Counted from the first letter of the stretch, positions 50,381-59,925 are shown. The stretch is DNA of 64,000 nt from Thermodesulfobacteriota bacterium (GCA_965216785.1 OZ244197.1:1056001-1120000), one strand, 5' to 3'. Notes: generated by a model not told the origin, from the letters alone. A program made the numbers and translations.

Positions 50381-51028
50381 ATGGAATATCTAAATAAAAA
50401 AAAAGGATTTAGCTTAATAGAGCTATTAGTTGTTGTTTCGGTGACTGGTCTTGTGCTGCTCATGGGCGCTACGTACTTTTCTGGGGATGTTGCTTTGAGG
50501 AGGTCCGTGGACGAAATAACCAATAGCATAGGCACAAGCCTTAATCTTGCAAAGATTCAATCTACTAGACAGGGCGTGGAATTTAGATTGGTGCTAGCTG
50601 AATGTACGAGTGTTGATACTACAGACCCAGATTGTGAAATATGTAATTCGTATACCGATTACTCTTCAGGTGATGAGACGGTTAATTTGATTTTGGAAAG
50701 AGGGGACAGCAACGTTGGCTCGGGTGTTTGGTGCATGCAGACTACGCAAAGTAAAAAGTTAGGGTCGACTACGTCTAACATAGCTATGAGCGCAAACGTG
50801 GCAACATCTCCCTTAAATGTATCCTTTTTACCCTCTGGTATGCGAAGTGATTTCAGGGCCGACGCTAATGTTGAAACAATTTCTGTTGTTCCAGGTGCCG
50901 GTGCTAAAGTCGATAAGTGCGGAGTGGTTGGAGTAACCGCTACGGGAGGGCTGAGGGTCATAGTAGGAAGATGGGATGGTACTAATTGTAACGCGATACT
51001 TGACCCTCAGCCAACGCCAGGACCTTAA
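50381..51028 (+). CDS. FimT/GspH-like minor pilin
   Basis: KG|FSLIELLVVV signal, LNLAKIQSTRQG helix, VSFLPSG, VGVTATG. Confidence 0.8.
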   Translation: MEYLNKKKGFSLIELLVVVSVTGLVLLMGATYFSGDVALRRSVDEITNSIGTSLNLAKIQSTRQGVEFRLVLAECTSVDTTDPDCEICNSYTDYSSGDETVNLILERGDSNVGSGVWCMQTTQSKKLGSTTSNIAMSANVATSPLNVSFLPSGMRSDFRADANVETISVVPGAGAKVDKCGVVGVTATGGLRVIVGRWDGTNCNAILDPQPTPGP

Positions 51029-51054
51029 ATTTTTTACATGATGGAGAACAAGTA

Positions 51055-51321
51055 ATGAGAAAAACATTTAAAGTTGCGATCTTAGTATTGATGTCATTCT
51101 CTCTTTTTTCCGGAGCCGTATCATCTAGGCAGGCTATAAACCATAATGACCCTATCTCGGTTCAGGATGAAGGGAATCTGCCGTATGATGAATGGTACGG
51201 ACCCGATGATACCCTTGATAACGGGGAAGATGGTAGAACCGATAGTGTGGTTATACCCGAGGCCCCTGAAAACGATGCCAGAGAGGCTCCCGAGGAAGAT
51301 ACCAGGCCTCAAGCACGCTAG
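51055..51321 (+). CDS. Small acidic secreted hypothetical protein
   Basis: GGAG SD, signal peptide, D/E/P-rich tail; its stop codon overlaps that of the convergent gene. Confidence 0.6.
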   Translation: MRKTFKVAILVLMSFSLFSGAVSSRQAINHNDPISVQDEGNLPYDEWYGPDDTLDNGEDGRTDSVVIPEAPENDAREAPEEDTRPQAR

Positions 51322-52400
51322 TATTTTCTGATAATGTAATAGTAGTTTATAGGGTCGTGCGGTAGCTCTTTAATTTCTATTTTTCCAAAACCTGCTTCGA
51401 TGAGCATCTCCGAGGCAAGCTCCTTACCCCACATTGCGCCAAGCCCTTTCCCTTCCTGAGCGAGAGATACGGTCATACAGTGCATGCATGAAGTTGTATA
51501 TAGTAGAGTGCCAATAGGGTGATTCATATTCTTATGAACGTGGCTTGAGCCGGCGATGTCCTGCATGAAATATAGTCCGTCGTCTTTTAGCGCTCTTTCT
51601 ATGTTTGACAATACTCGCGCCGGGTCTGCCTGGTCGTGTATAGCGTCAAACGTCATAATCAGATCAAACTTCTTTTCGTCATTAAACTCGGCTACATTTA
51701 TAGCCTCAAGATTAATGTTATTAATCCCAAGCTCCTTAGCCCTTGCCTTGCCCCGCTCTATTGCTTCGGGCGACAGGTCGTACCCGGTAAACGTGCTGTT
51801 CGGAAATTCCTTGGCCATCTCCACCATGGCGTATCCGCTCCCACAACCTACATCGAGTACCTCGATACCCGCCTCTAGCTTTTCCCTAATACCGGGAATT
51901 AACGGAAGTAGATCGTCTATGAGCGGCACAATTACGGTTTGATGGCTTTCCTCTGACATCACTTCGTGGAAGCGCTCAAAATCTTCATAGGGTACACCGC
52001 CCCCTTTGTGGAAGCACTCGACTATCTTGCTTTCCACACTGCCAAGAAGGGATATCCACTGGCTTGTAACTCCTAAGTTATTAGGGGCTGCAGCTCTGGT
52101 TAGCCAGACCGAGTATTCTTCAGGGAGAGAGTAGGTGTTTTTTTCATGATCGTGCTCTATTATTTCGCCCGTGGTCATGGCCCCTAACCATTCCCTAACA
52201 TAACGTTCGTTTAATCCTGAGGCCTTAGCAATCTCATGACTCGTAGATGGCGGGAGACTGCTCATGGTATCGAATAGTCCCGTACGGTGACCGACCGAGA
52301 TCATTAAGCACAGCGCGCCGTTATTTAATACAGAAAGCATTTTTTCAGCAAACTGCTCAGAGCGCTCCTCGTTAAATGCTTTATTGTTAGCTTCAGACAT
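51318..52400 (-). CDS. Class I SAM-dependent methyltransferase with N-terminal wHTH (Rv2258c-like)
   Basis: GHRTGLFD, ERYVREWL, VLDVGCGSG, FDAIHD, MHCMTVSLA..G.GLG; AGGAGG SD before ATG 52400. Confidence 0.92.
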   Translation of the reverse strand: MSEANNKAFNEERSEQFAEKMLSVLNNGALCLMISVGHRTGLFDTMSSLPPSTSHEIAKASGLNERYVREWLGAMTTGEIIEHDHEKNTYSLPEEYSVWLTRAAAPNNLGVTSQWISLLGSVESKIVECFHKGGGVPYEDFERFHEVMSEESHQTVIVPLIDDLLPLIPGIREKLEAGIEVLDVGCGSGYAMVEMAKEFPNSTFTGYDLSPEAIERGKARAKELGINNINLEAINVAEFNDEKKFDLIMTFDAIHDQADPARVLSNIERALKDDGLYFMQDIAGSSHVHKNMNHPIGTLLYTTSCMHCMTVSLAQEGKGLGAMWGKELASEMLIEAGFGKIEIKELPHDPINYYYIIRKY

Positions 52401-52431
52401 TATTAATTCCTCCTGTAATTTCGACTTATAT

Positions 52432-52449
52432 AGACAGACATGTCTGTCT
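52432..52449. promoter_or_regulatory. Putative TetR operator upstream of the methyltransferase
   Basis: Perfect palindrome AGACAGACATGTCTGTCT. Confidence 0.72.
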
Positions 52450-52465
52450 GTAGTTTGGTAAAAAA

Positions 52466-53047
52466 TTATTCTACTAATTTCTCTACAGCAACTATGGCCC
52501 TCTCGATCGGCCATGTATCATTGTAAATCTTGCCCATAACAACCGCACCCTCAACAATGAGGTTGTACGAGTCTACTATCTGGTCAACGTCGATTTTCCG
52601 GTACTTGAGGTCTGAGTTCTTTAAGTCCGTAATTACATCTTTGAGAATAGAGCGGAACCCGTCCTCATGATGTTTTACCTCTTTTCGAATAGGATGAGAG
52701 GACTCTGTAACCTCAGCTGTGATGTTTCCGAAGGCGCAGCCTCTGAAATCAGTCTCTACCATATAGCCCAGTATGCCTTTAATTATAGACATATACCTTT
52801 CATAGGGGGCTTTGATTCCGTTAATCATGTTTTTTGTCGCGTTTGTATCCATTCGGTCTCGTTCCCTTAAATACTCGATACAAAGCTCTTCCTTCGACTT
52901 GAAGTTGCTATAGAAAGTAGCTTTCGCAACTCCCGACTCTTCAATTATCTGATTTATACCGGTTTGGTGATAGCCCTGACGGTAAAATAATTCATTGGCC
53001 GTGCTTATAATCCTTTCCCTGCTCGAGAGCTTTATTTGCTGCTGCAT
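52466..53047 (-). CDS. TetR/AcrR family regulator
   Basis: RERIISTANELFYRQGYHQTGINQIIEESGVAKATFYSNFKSKEEL; RGCAF. Confidence 0.96.
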   Translation of the reverse strand: MQQQIKLSSRERIISTANELFYRQGYHQTGINQIIEESGVAKATFYSNFKSKEELCIEYLRERDRMDTNATKNMINGIKAPYERYMSIIKGILGYMVETDFRGCAFGNITAEVTESSHPIRKEVKHHEDGFRSILKDVITDLKNSDLKYRKIDVDQIVDSYNLIVEGAVVMGKIYNDTWPIERAIVAVEKLVE

Positions 53048-53054
53048 ATTTCAA

Positions 53055-53083
53055 ATTATATAATAGACAGACCGGTCTGTCAA
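53055..53083 (-). promoter_or_regulatory. Consensus sigma-70 promoter with embedded TetR operator
   Basis: TTGACA-17 bp-TATAAT on the minus strand; palindrome GACAGACCGGTCTGTC at 53066-53081. Confidence 0.85.
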
Positions 53084-53255
53084 GTGGTTTCTTAATTCTA
53101 TAAAATTACCTCGGCTAATTGAATTTCGGCTTATTATTCCAATGTACTAAGATTTGAAAGCAGTAGTCGAAAGTATTTGTAGGTTATGCTCCTATGACAA
53201 TCTCAGTTACTATTTATCATATAGCTAAGTATCATAAGTTAGTATGGAGGAGAAC

Positions 53256-53672
53256 ATGAGCGATAGAGCTAATATCGGTGTTTTAGACGACGGGCCATAC
53301 ATTGTAGAGGGACTGGAGGAGCTGAGTAATTCAAAGGAAGATAGTCTTGAGATAAGCGCCAAGGTGGCCCTGTGCCGCTGCGGAGCCTCGGCTAATAAAC
53401 CCTACTGTGACGGAACCCATAGGAAAATAGGGTTTACGGATAAAGTCGAAAAAAATGAGTCAGGCCAGCAAGTTGTGGATGGAGAGAGCAAGATAAGCGT
53501 AACTCATAACGGTCCGCTCGAGGTCTCGGGCGCAATTGAGCTTAAAGTGAAAGATGAAATGAACCTATCTGAGGATAACCCCTATTACCTCTGCCGCTGC
53601 GGGGCATCGGAGAATAAACCCTTTTGTGACGGCTCACATAAGAGAATCGGGTTTTCTGACGATAAAAATTGA
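53256..53672 (+). CDS. Tandem CDGSH iron-sulfur domain protein
   Basis: Two copies, LCRCGASANKPYCDGTH and LCRCGASENKPFCDGSH, each preceded by a (D/N)GP strand. Confidence 0.93.
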   Translation: MSDRANIGVLDDGPYIVEGLEELSNSKEDSLEISAKVALCRCGASANKPYCDGTHRKIGFTDKVEKNESGQQVVDGESKISVTHNGPLEVSGAIELKVKDEMNLSEDNPYYLCRCGASENKPFCDGSHKRIGFSDDKN

Positions 53673-53703
53673 AATTGGAAATTGATACTGAAGGAGAGAA
53701 TAA

Positions 53704-54258
53704 ATGGCTTTGACACCCTCGACTATGCTGCCGCTTGGCACAAAGGCGCCAGATTTTACACTCTGGTGCGTTGTGAACGAAAGGCACTTTAGCCTGGATG
53801 ATCTGAAATCTGAGAAGGCGACGGTAATCATGTTCATCTGTAATCACTGTCCTTACGTTAAACATGTACAGTCGGGGCTTGTCGAACTGGTTAATGATTA
53901 TACCCATAAAGGCATATCATTTATCGCAATTAACTCAAACGATGTGGACAATTACCCAGCTGACTCTCCTGAGAATATGAAGCTTGACGCTGAGCGGCTC
54001 GGGTACACGTTCCCATATCTGTTTGATGAGAGCCAGGAGGTAGCCAGAGCGTATGACGCCGCCTGTACGCCCGATTTCTACATATTCGACGGAGATTTGC
54101 TCTGTGTTTACAGGGGGCAGATGGACCATTCAAGGCCCGGAAACGGAAAGCCCGTAACCGGGGAGCATCTGAGAGACGCACTTGACCGGTTACTGGAAGG
54201 CAAGTCCGTAAGCGAGGAACAGATACCGAGCATAGGCTGTAATATTAAGTGGAAGTAA
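53704..54258 (+). CDS. Thioredoxin family (AhpC/TSA-like) protein
   Basis: FICNHCPYV, AINSND, AACTPDF, SIGCNIKWK. Confidence 0.92.
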   Translation: MALTPSTMLPLGTKAPDFTLWCVVNERHFSLDDLKSEKATVIMFICNHCPYVKHVQSGLVELVNDYTHKGISFIAINSNDVDNYPADSPENMKLDAERLGYTFPYLFDESQEVARAYDAACTPDFYIFDGDLLCVYRGQMDHSRPGNGKPVTGEHLRDALDRLLEGKSVSEEQIPSIGCNIKWK

Positions 54259-54322
54259 AGATTTTCAATCGAATTAACGGGAAAGAATATTTACCTTTTG
54301 AAATAGCTGCCGGTAAGCAAAA

Positions 54323-54748
54323 TTAATGCTTTTCACCTTCGTCCCTCTTATCGCCCTCTCTAATCTTTCTGAATTCTTCGCTCACCTCTTCCATTGTTTT
54401 AAACTCGTAGTCTCCGGCCTCTATTGCCGCAGTGCCTAACGCAAGCAATGCCTCCCCCGCATTGTCTATTACATTTAGCACCTGAGCGGGTCCCGAGTAC
54501 TCGATTAGATTGGCAGTGCTCCCCTCCTCCAGGAGAACGGCGCCGTCTTTCTCCAAATAGAATTTAAATCCCATCTCAAATCCGAAGTATACGGATAAAT
54601 AAACGATACCGTCTTCTCTAGTCCCGATAACATAGCTTGAATCGTCTAGAGAAAACCTTAGCTGGAGGTTGTCGTCTCTATAGTAAGCCTCTTTGTCGGC
54701 TAATCTTACAAGCTCCTCAATTGCGTGTATCAGTTTTTCTGCTTTCAT
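54323..54748 (-). CDS. Hypothetical protein
   Basis: 141-aa ORF filling the gap between flanking genes; no family recognised. Confidence 0.7.
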   Translation of the reverse strand: MKAEKLIHAIEELVRLADKEAYYRDDNLQLRFSLDDSSYVIGTREDGIVYLSVYFGFEMGFKFYLEKDGAVLLEEGSTANLIEYSGPAQVLNVIDNAGEALLALGTAAIEAGDYEFKTMEEVSEEFRKIREGDKRDEGEKH

Positions 54749-54909
54749 TCATACCTTCTTGCCTATTGCCTCACTGAACTTATATCATAGACTAAAACCA
54801 TGCTTAAATACAATGTATCTTTAAACAGGTTTTATTGGAGCGCGGTTGTTAGAGTTTTTGTATGCGGGCGGCGGCTTGAATAAGCAAATCAGTTGACTAT
54901 TATCTTAGC

Positions 54910-55716
54910 TTGAATGAGAAACGGGATGAAAAAGATATGACAAAAGGACCTAATTCTATAACGCTAATACCTATTGCGGGGATTCCAGAGATCGGGGCAG
55001 GCGACGATCTGGTAAAGATAGTGTCGGATGCCACCGCCGCGTCAGGTCTCACAATTGAGAGTGGTGATGTGCTGGTAATCGCTCAGAAGATAGTATCCAA
55101 GTCAGAGGGGCGGATTGTTGATTTAAATGATATAGAACCTAGCGACTTTGCCCATACACTATCAAAAGAAGTCAGCAAGGACCCAAGACTAGTAGAGGTC
55201 ATACTCGGTGAGACTACCAAGATAATCAAAATGGACCAGAGAAAGCCCGAGAAGGGGAGGCTTATAGTTGAAACCCGGGGAGGCTTAATATCCGCAAACG
55301 CGGGTGTGGACGCTTCCAATGTTTCAGGGGGAGATAAGGTTACGCTTCTGCCGCTTGACTCAGACCGCTCGGCCCGTGGATTAGCTGAGGGATTTAAGTC
55401 AGTGTCCGGTAAAGATGTGGCCGTTATAATTACAGACACCGTGGGAAGGCCTTGGCGGCAAGGTCTAGTGGATGTGGCTATAGGCTCCGCCGGTATAAAA
55501 GCGCTAAGAGACTACAGGGGAGATAGGGACTCAAAGGGACTTGTGCTTGTCGCGACGGAGATGGCTGTTGCTGATCAGATTGCCGCTGCCGCGGGGCTTT
55601 TAATGGAGAAGGCGGGCTCGGTTCCGGTTGTGATCGTGAGGGGTTATGATTTTGAGAAAGCGGACACAGGAGCAGCGGAGCTTATAAGAGATCCTGAAGA
55701 AGATTTATTCCGTTAG
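54910..55716 (+). CDS. cofE: Coenzyme F420-0:L-glutamate ligase
   Basis: GIPEIGAGDDL, AQKIVSKSEG, ANAGVDASN, ITDTVGRPWR.G, DYRG..D..G, AVADQIAAAA, DLFR; start may be ATG 54937. Confidence 0.93.
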   Translation: MNEKRDEKDMTKGPNSITLIPIAGIPEIGAGDDLVKIVSDATAASGLTIESGDVLVIAQKIVSKSEGRIVDLNDIEPSDFAHTLSKEVSKDPRLVEVILGETTKIIKMDQRKPEKGRLIVETRGGLISANAGVDASNVSGGDKVTLLPLDSDRSARGLAEGFKSVSGKDVAVIITDTVGRPWRQGLVDVAIGSAGIKALRDYRGDRDSKGLVLVATEMAVADQIAAAAGLLMEKAGSVPVVIVRGYDFEKADTGAAELIRDPEEDLFR

Positions 55717-55785
55717 TCGCTACAGCTTTTTGATCTTCAATTTCTCGGCCTTCTCCTAGTACTTGGTGATATAATTAGCTTAACA

Positions 55786-57591
55786 ATGGAAGTTATATCT
55801 AATTTAATCAGGCGAAGAAACCTCTCTGCAGTATTTCTTTTTCTCTTCTCTTTCGCTCTATTCTCTCCTTCACTAGTAAACGACTTTGTATGGGATGATG
55901 TGGAGGTAATTTCAAAGAGCCAGGTTTCTTTCGATCCTTCAAGCATTATCAATGTAATAGTCCCGGCAGTAGACACCAATAAAAAGGCCCGTTATTACCG
56001 CCCTGTTGTACATACCTCCGTGGTTTCGGACAAGGGGGTCTGGGGGGTGTCTCCTTTCGGGTTTCATCTAAGCAATTTAGTGTTTTTCTCAGTATCGGCG
56101 GTCCTCTTGTATTTCATGATTATTGCGCTTTTACGGGGGTTAAATAAGAACTATGCCGAGCCCGCAGCGTTTGTCTCCGCACTGATATTCGCAGTCCATC
56201 CCATACACGTGGAATCCGTTTCGTGGGTGGCGGGAAGAACAGACGTCTTGTGCGGACTTTTCTTTTTTCTTGCTGTACTGTGCCATGTCGTCTCGCACAG
56301 GCGAATGTGGGTTTTAATTCTCGCCGCGCTTAGCTTTTCTCTTGCGCTGTTGTCAAAAGAGGTTGCAGTAACGCTGGTTGCCATGGTGCTAGTGTACGAT
56401 CTTTTAAGCGGACAGCTGATCAAACGGAGCAGTATTGTGAGATATATTCTCTATATTGCTATACTGATCCTATATCTTTATCTGAGGGGAAGGGCGTTTG
56501 TAAATATCTCGGAGGTTGGTGAGGCTGTAATGTCCGGCGTGTCCCCCCAGGTTTCGGGCGGGACTGAGCAAGCTCTGGAAGTATCAAAAGGCGCGGTTTA
56601 CACACAAGCCCTAAAAGCTCTTTTAAATTCGACCCTTATATATATCAATAAGCTCATTTTACCATTTAACCTAAACGCCTTTATCTCACAGGTTCCAAAG
56701 GAGATTTACTATACGGCTGCCGCATGTTTTCTTGCTTTAGTACTTGCGGCGCTAAGCATTTGGTCAATATTAAAGAGGGAAAAAGTGACCGCGTTTAGCA
56801 TTCTCTGGATCTTGATTACTCTTAGTCCTTCTCTTGTTGTCGCAGTTTATCCTATCGCCTCAACTCCGATGGCCGAGCGGTATCTCTTTATACCCTCCGC
56901 CGGGTTCTGCCTGTTTTTGGGCTATCTGCTAATTCAAGCGGGCAAGAAGGCGGAGCTTAGGAGATTGGCATGGGCACTCGGCATTATTATCATAGCGGTA
57001 TTTTCGATACTAACAGTTCAGAGGCAGTCTGTTTGGCAGGATGACCTGTCACTTTGGCGGGATACAACCCTTAAATCCCCCTATCATCCGCTGCCCCATA
57101 CGAACTACGGGATTGCGCTCTCAAATGTCGGGGAATATGATGAGGCTGTTAAAGAGTACAAGATTGCTCTATTGCCCGAGATGGGAGACAGCCCGAGAGG
57201 TAAGTCCGTAACCGCTAATAATCTCGGCCTGGTATATATAGAAACTGAGGATTACCAGAATGCTGAGAGATGGTTTAAAATAGCGCGGGAGTTTGATCCT
57301 GGTAACGGCAGGACATACTACCACCTGGGGCTGATATCGTATATAAAGGGTGAGATGGGAGGATCTCCGGACACATATGATCAGTCGGAGAAATATTTGA
57401 GGCAAGCTTTGGAGCATTACTACAGCTTTGGCAAAGCGAATTTTCTTCTCGCAAAGATTTATCTAAAACAGGGTGAGATTGAAAAAGCGAAAGACGAGGC
57501 TGAAATCGCTATACGCAGCGGACTGCCAGCGGAGTTACTCGACCAAGCCCGAGATATCCTGAAAGTAGATGATAAGGGAAGTCGTCAGTAA
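55786..57591 (+). CDS. TMTC-like GT-C membrane glycosyltransferase with C-terminal TPRs
   Basis: DFVWDD, YYRP, HPIHVESVSWVAGRTD, LLSKE, AERYL, W.DD.SLW, followed by TPR helices. Confidence 0.85.
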   Translation: MEVISNLIRRRNLSAVFLFLFSFALFSPSLVNDFVWDDVEVISKSQVSFDPSSIINVIVPAVDTNKKARYYRPVVHTSVVSDKGVWGVSPFGFHLSNLVFFSVSAVLLYFMIIALLRGLNKNYAEPAAFVSALIFAVHPIHVESVSWVAGRTDVLCGLFFFLAVLCHVVSHRRMWVLILAALSFSLALLSKEVAVTLVAMVLVYDLLSGQLIKRSSIVRYILYIAILILYLYLRGRAFVNISEVGEAVMSGVSPQVSGGTEQALEVSKGAVYTQALKALLNSTLIYINKLILPFNLNAFISQVPKEIYYTAAACFLALVLAALSIWSILKREKVTAFSILWILITLSPSLVVAVYPIASTPMAERYLFIPSAGFCLFLGYLLIQAGKKAELRRLAWALGIIIIAVFSILTVQRQSVWQDDLSLWRDTTLKSPYHPLPHTNYGIALSNVGEYDEAVKEYKIALLPEMGDSPRGKSVTANNLGLVYIETEDYQNAERWFKIAREFDPGNGRTYYHLGLISYIKGEMGGSPDTYDQSEKYLRQALEHYYSFGKANFLLAKIYLKQGEIEKAKDEAEIAIRSGLPAELLDQARDILKVDDKGSRQ

Positions 57592-58419
57592 CCATATAGC
57601 TACGCATAAAAAGAGCCACTTATCCTTTAAAAGAGCCTCGGTCGGGTCGCCGCTTTTATCCGTTTGTACCAGATACATATAGCGAAGGATCCCATAGCAG
57701 GCAAACGGTACGGTAATCAGAAATATCTTTGAATCCAGGCTCACGGCATATATCGAGTAAGTCACAAGTGCCGAAGTTGCGAATATCCCGAGCGCCGTAT
57801 CTAAGAATTTTTCGTTATAGTGCGCCAACACATCCCTAAACTTTACTCCCTTATTTGTTGCCATAGCGAGCTCAAAGCGCCTCTTACCAAATACGAGCAG
57901 TAAAGATAGGAGAAATGTGGTGAGCAGTAGCCAGCTTGTCACCTCGATCCCGGAGGCGAGCCCTCCTGCTTCTATCCTGATCACAAACCCAATGGCAATA
58001 ATAAAGGCATCTACGATTACTATTCTTTCAAAATAAACGGAATAAAGGAGGCTGAGTACGAGATATACTGCGGTAATCAATAAAAACCCCTTATTAACCA
58101 ATAAGCTCAAAACAAGTGAAATTATGAGAGTTATTATTGCAAGCACTGCCGCTTCTGTAACGCTCACTCTGCCGGAAGCGAGTGGTCTGAGCTTTTTTTT
58201 CGGGTGAAGACGGTCAGACTGTATATCCGAAATATCATTTGTAATGTAAGCGGTAGAGGAGGCCAATGAAAACGCAATGAAAGCTACGATCATGTTTGTG
58301 ACCATCTCGTAGCTCGAAAACAGAACGCCACCGAAAAACGGGGGAGCCAAAACGAGAAGGTTTTTCAGCCACTGCTCTGGTCTAAGTAGGTAAATATAGT
58401 CTTTAAGGAGTCTAGGCAT
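57535..58419 (-). CDS. UbiA family decaprenyl-phosphate phosphoribosyltransferase-like protein
   Basis: RPEQWLKNLLV, YITNDISDIQSDRLHPKKKLRPLASG, GFVIR, FGKRR, GDPTEALLKD. Confidence 0.9.
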   Translation of the reverse strand: MPRLLKDYIYLLRPEQWLKNLLVLAPPFFGGVLFSSYEMVTNMIVAFIAFSLASSTAYITNDISDIQSDRLHPKKKLRPLASGRVSVTEAAVLAIITLIISLVLSLLVNKGFLLITAVYLVLSLLYSVYFERIVIVDAFIIAIGFVIRIEAGGLASGIEVTSWLLLTTFLLSLLLVFGKRRFELAMATNKGVKFRDVLAHYNEKFLDTALGIFATSALVTYSIYAVSLDSKIFLITVPFACYGILRYMYLVQTDKSGDPTEALLKDKWLFLCVAIWLLTTSLIIYFQDISGLVE

Positions 58420-58488
58420 TTAAAATAGCATTCTACAGATTTTTCCCCGATTTAGCAAAGCTTGTGTGAATATATGTATACTAATGCT

Positions 58489-59172
58489 ATGCGGAGCAAT
58501 GGAAACGATTATTTTGTGAAGATAGCACACAGGGGCGCAAGCGCGTATGAGCCGGAAAATACTCTTGCGTCTTTTAAAAAAGCAATTGACATGAATACCG
58601 ATTTGATCGAGTTTGACGTCAGGTGCTCTCAGGACTCACAATTGGTGGTAATCCATGACAAAAAGGTCGATCGTACAACAGACGGCACCGGGCTTGTCGG
58701 GCACAAAACGCTTTCTGAATTAAAAGAGCTTGACGCCGGTAACGGGGAGCAGATACCGACTCTGGACGAAGTGCTTGATTTATTTCGAGGAGAAACCCGC
58801 TTCGCGATAGAGATTAAAGAAAACGGTTTAGAGGATAAAGTCGTAAAACAGATAAAAAAACACGGTTTGGTGGAAGATAGTTTCGTAATATCATATAAAC
58901 CCAACCGCCTTAAATTGATAAAATACCTTGAGCCGTCGATCAGTACGGGTCTGATCTCATTTTCTTCGTTAAATTTTATAAAAAATGCGCTGAGCTGCGG
59001 CGCGGACGCGGTTGCTCCGTTTCACTGGTTCATTTCAGATAAAACAGTCAGGCGCGCGCGTGAAAACGATCTGCATCTGTTTACTTACGTCGTAAACGAA
59101 TCCGTTAAAGCAAGAGAGCTTAAAGATAGAGGAGTTCAAGGCATAGTTACAAACAGACCAGATATTTTTTAG
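58489..59172 (+). CDS. Glycerophosphodiester phosphodiesterase
   Basis: IAHRGASAYEPENT, EFDV, VIHD, IPTLDEV, IEIK, GIVTNRPD. Confidence 0.95.
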   Translation: MRSNGNDYFVKIAHRGASAYEPENTLASFKKAIDMNTDLIEFDVRCSQDSQLVVIHDKKVDRTTDGTGLVGHKTLSELKELDAGNGEQIPTLDEVLDLFRGETRFAIEIKENGLEDKVVKQIKKHGLVEDSFVISYKPNRLKLIKYLEPSISTGLISFSSLNFIKNALSCGADAVAPFHWFISDKTVRRARENDLHLFTYVVNESVKARELKDRGVQGIVTNRPDIF

Positions 59173-59249
59173 TATAACCATAGAGCATAATCCTTCTTAT
59201 TAATATCTCACGTATTATCAAGATATTAGATGTAATACTCAGGACACTC

Positions 59250-59666
59250 TCAAGTCTTTGCGAGAAGCCCCGCGGATATGACAGCGAATACTACGCCCGC
59301 GATCTCCCTTGGTCCCAGACGCTCGCCCAGGAATATAAGCGCGAGCACGACTGTAAGCGCGGGATAGACAGCGGATAAGGGTACCAAGACCGAGAGCTTT
59401 GCGTACTTTAGAGCCAATATGAAGAGCACCGTACCGATACCCCAAATAAGTCCCATCAGCAGGGCCGGAAAGTTGATCGAAAAGTTGCTGAAAATCGTGT
59501 CCCTATAAAAAAGAACGAATGTTGTAAAGATACTAAGAGTGCCGAGCCCTTCAAAAAAGTAGACGCGGTGGGGAATGTCCTTAAATGAACCGAGCTTGCC
59601 GAAGAAGCTCCCGAAAGCGAAGCAAATTGTCGCGAGTATTGTCAGTAAATACCATCTTTCAATCAT
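59250..59666 (-). CDS. EamA/DMT family single-domain transporter
   Basis: About 5 TMs; FILALK...VPLSAVYP..TVVLA..FLGERL; AGGAG SD. Confidence 0.88.
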   Translation of the reverse strand: MIERWYLLTILATICFAFGSFFGKLGSFKDIPHRVYFFEGLGTLSIFTTFVLFYRDTIFSNFSINFPALLMGLIWGIGTVLFILALKYAKLSVLVPLSAVYPALTVVLALIFLGERLGPREIAGVVFAVISAGLLAKT

Positions 59667-59925
59667 AAACCGCTCCTTTTAACTCTGTATTTTGGATAAC
59701 GATTAGATAGTGTTAACTCAATCACAACCATTTTACAGTAAGCTCATAATCTTTCATAGATTCAGAGCATTCACTTTTGCGATTTGATCTTTAACACGGA
59801 ATTAACAGCTTCTGAATACGGGCTTAATCCTGTCGTGTTGTACTGATTATGCCACCTAATATCCGGGCCGTAACCCTCCCTAACGCCTAGTGTCCGTAAT
59901 GGAGACAAGGCGTCCTTCTTGGCTA

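Noticed and set aside
52401-52514. N-terminal extension of the methyltransferase in the ORF track
   Set aside because: It overlaps tetR and the operator; a strong SD supports ATG 52400.
59810-59880. c-di-AMP (ydaO) riboswitch look-alike (CTGAAT...GGCTTAATC)
   Set aside because: The other conserved blocks and their spacing are missing.
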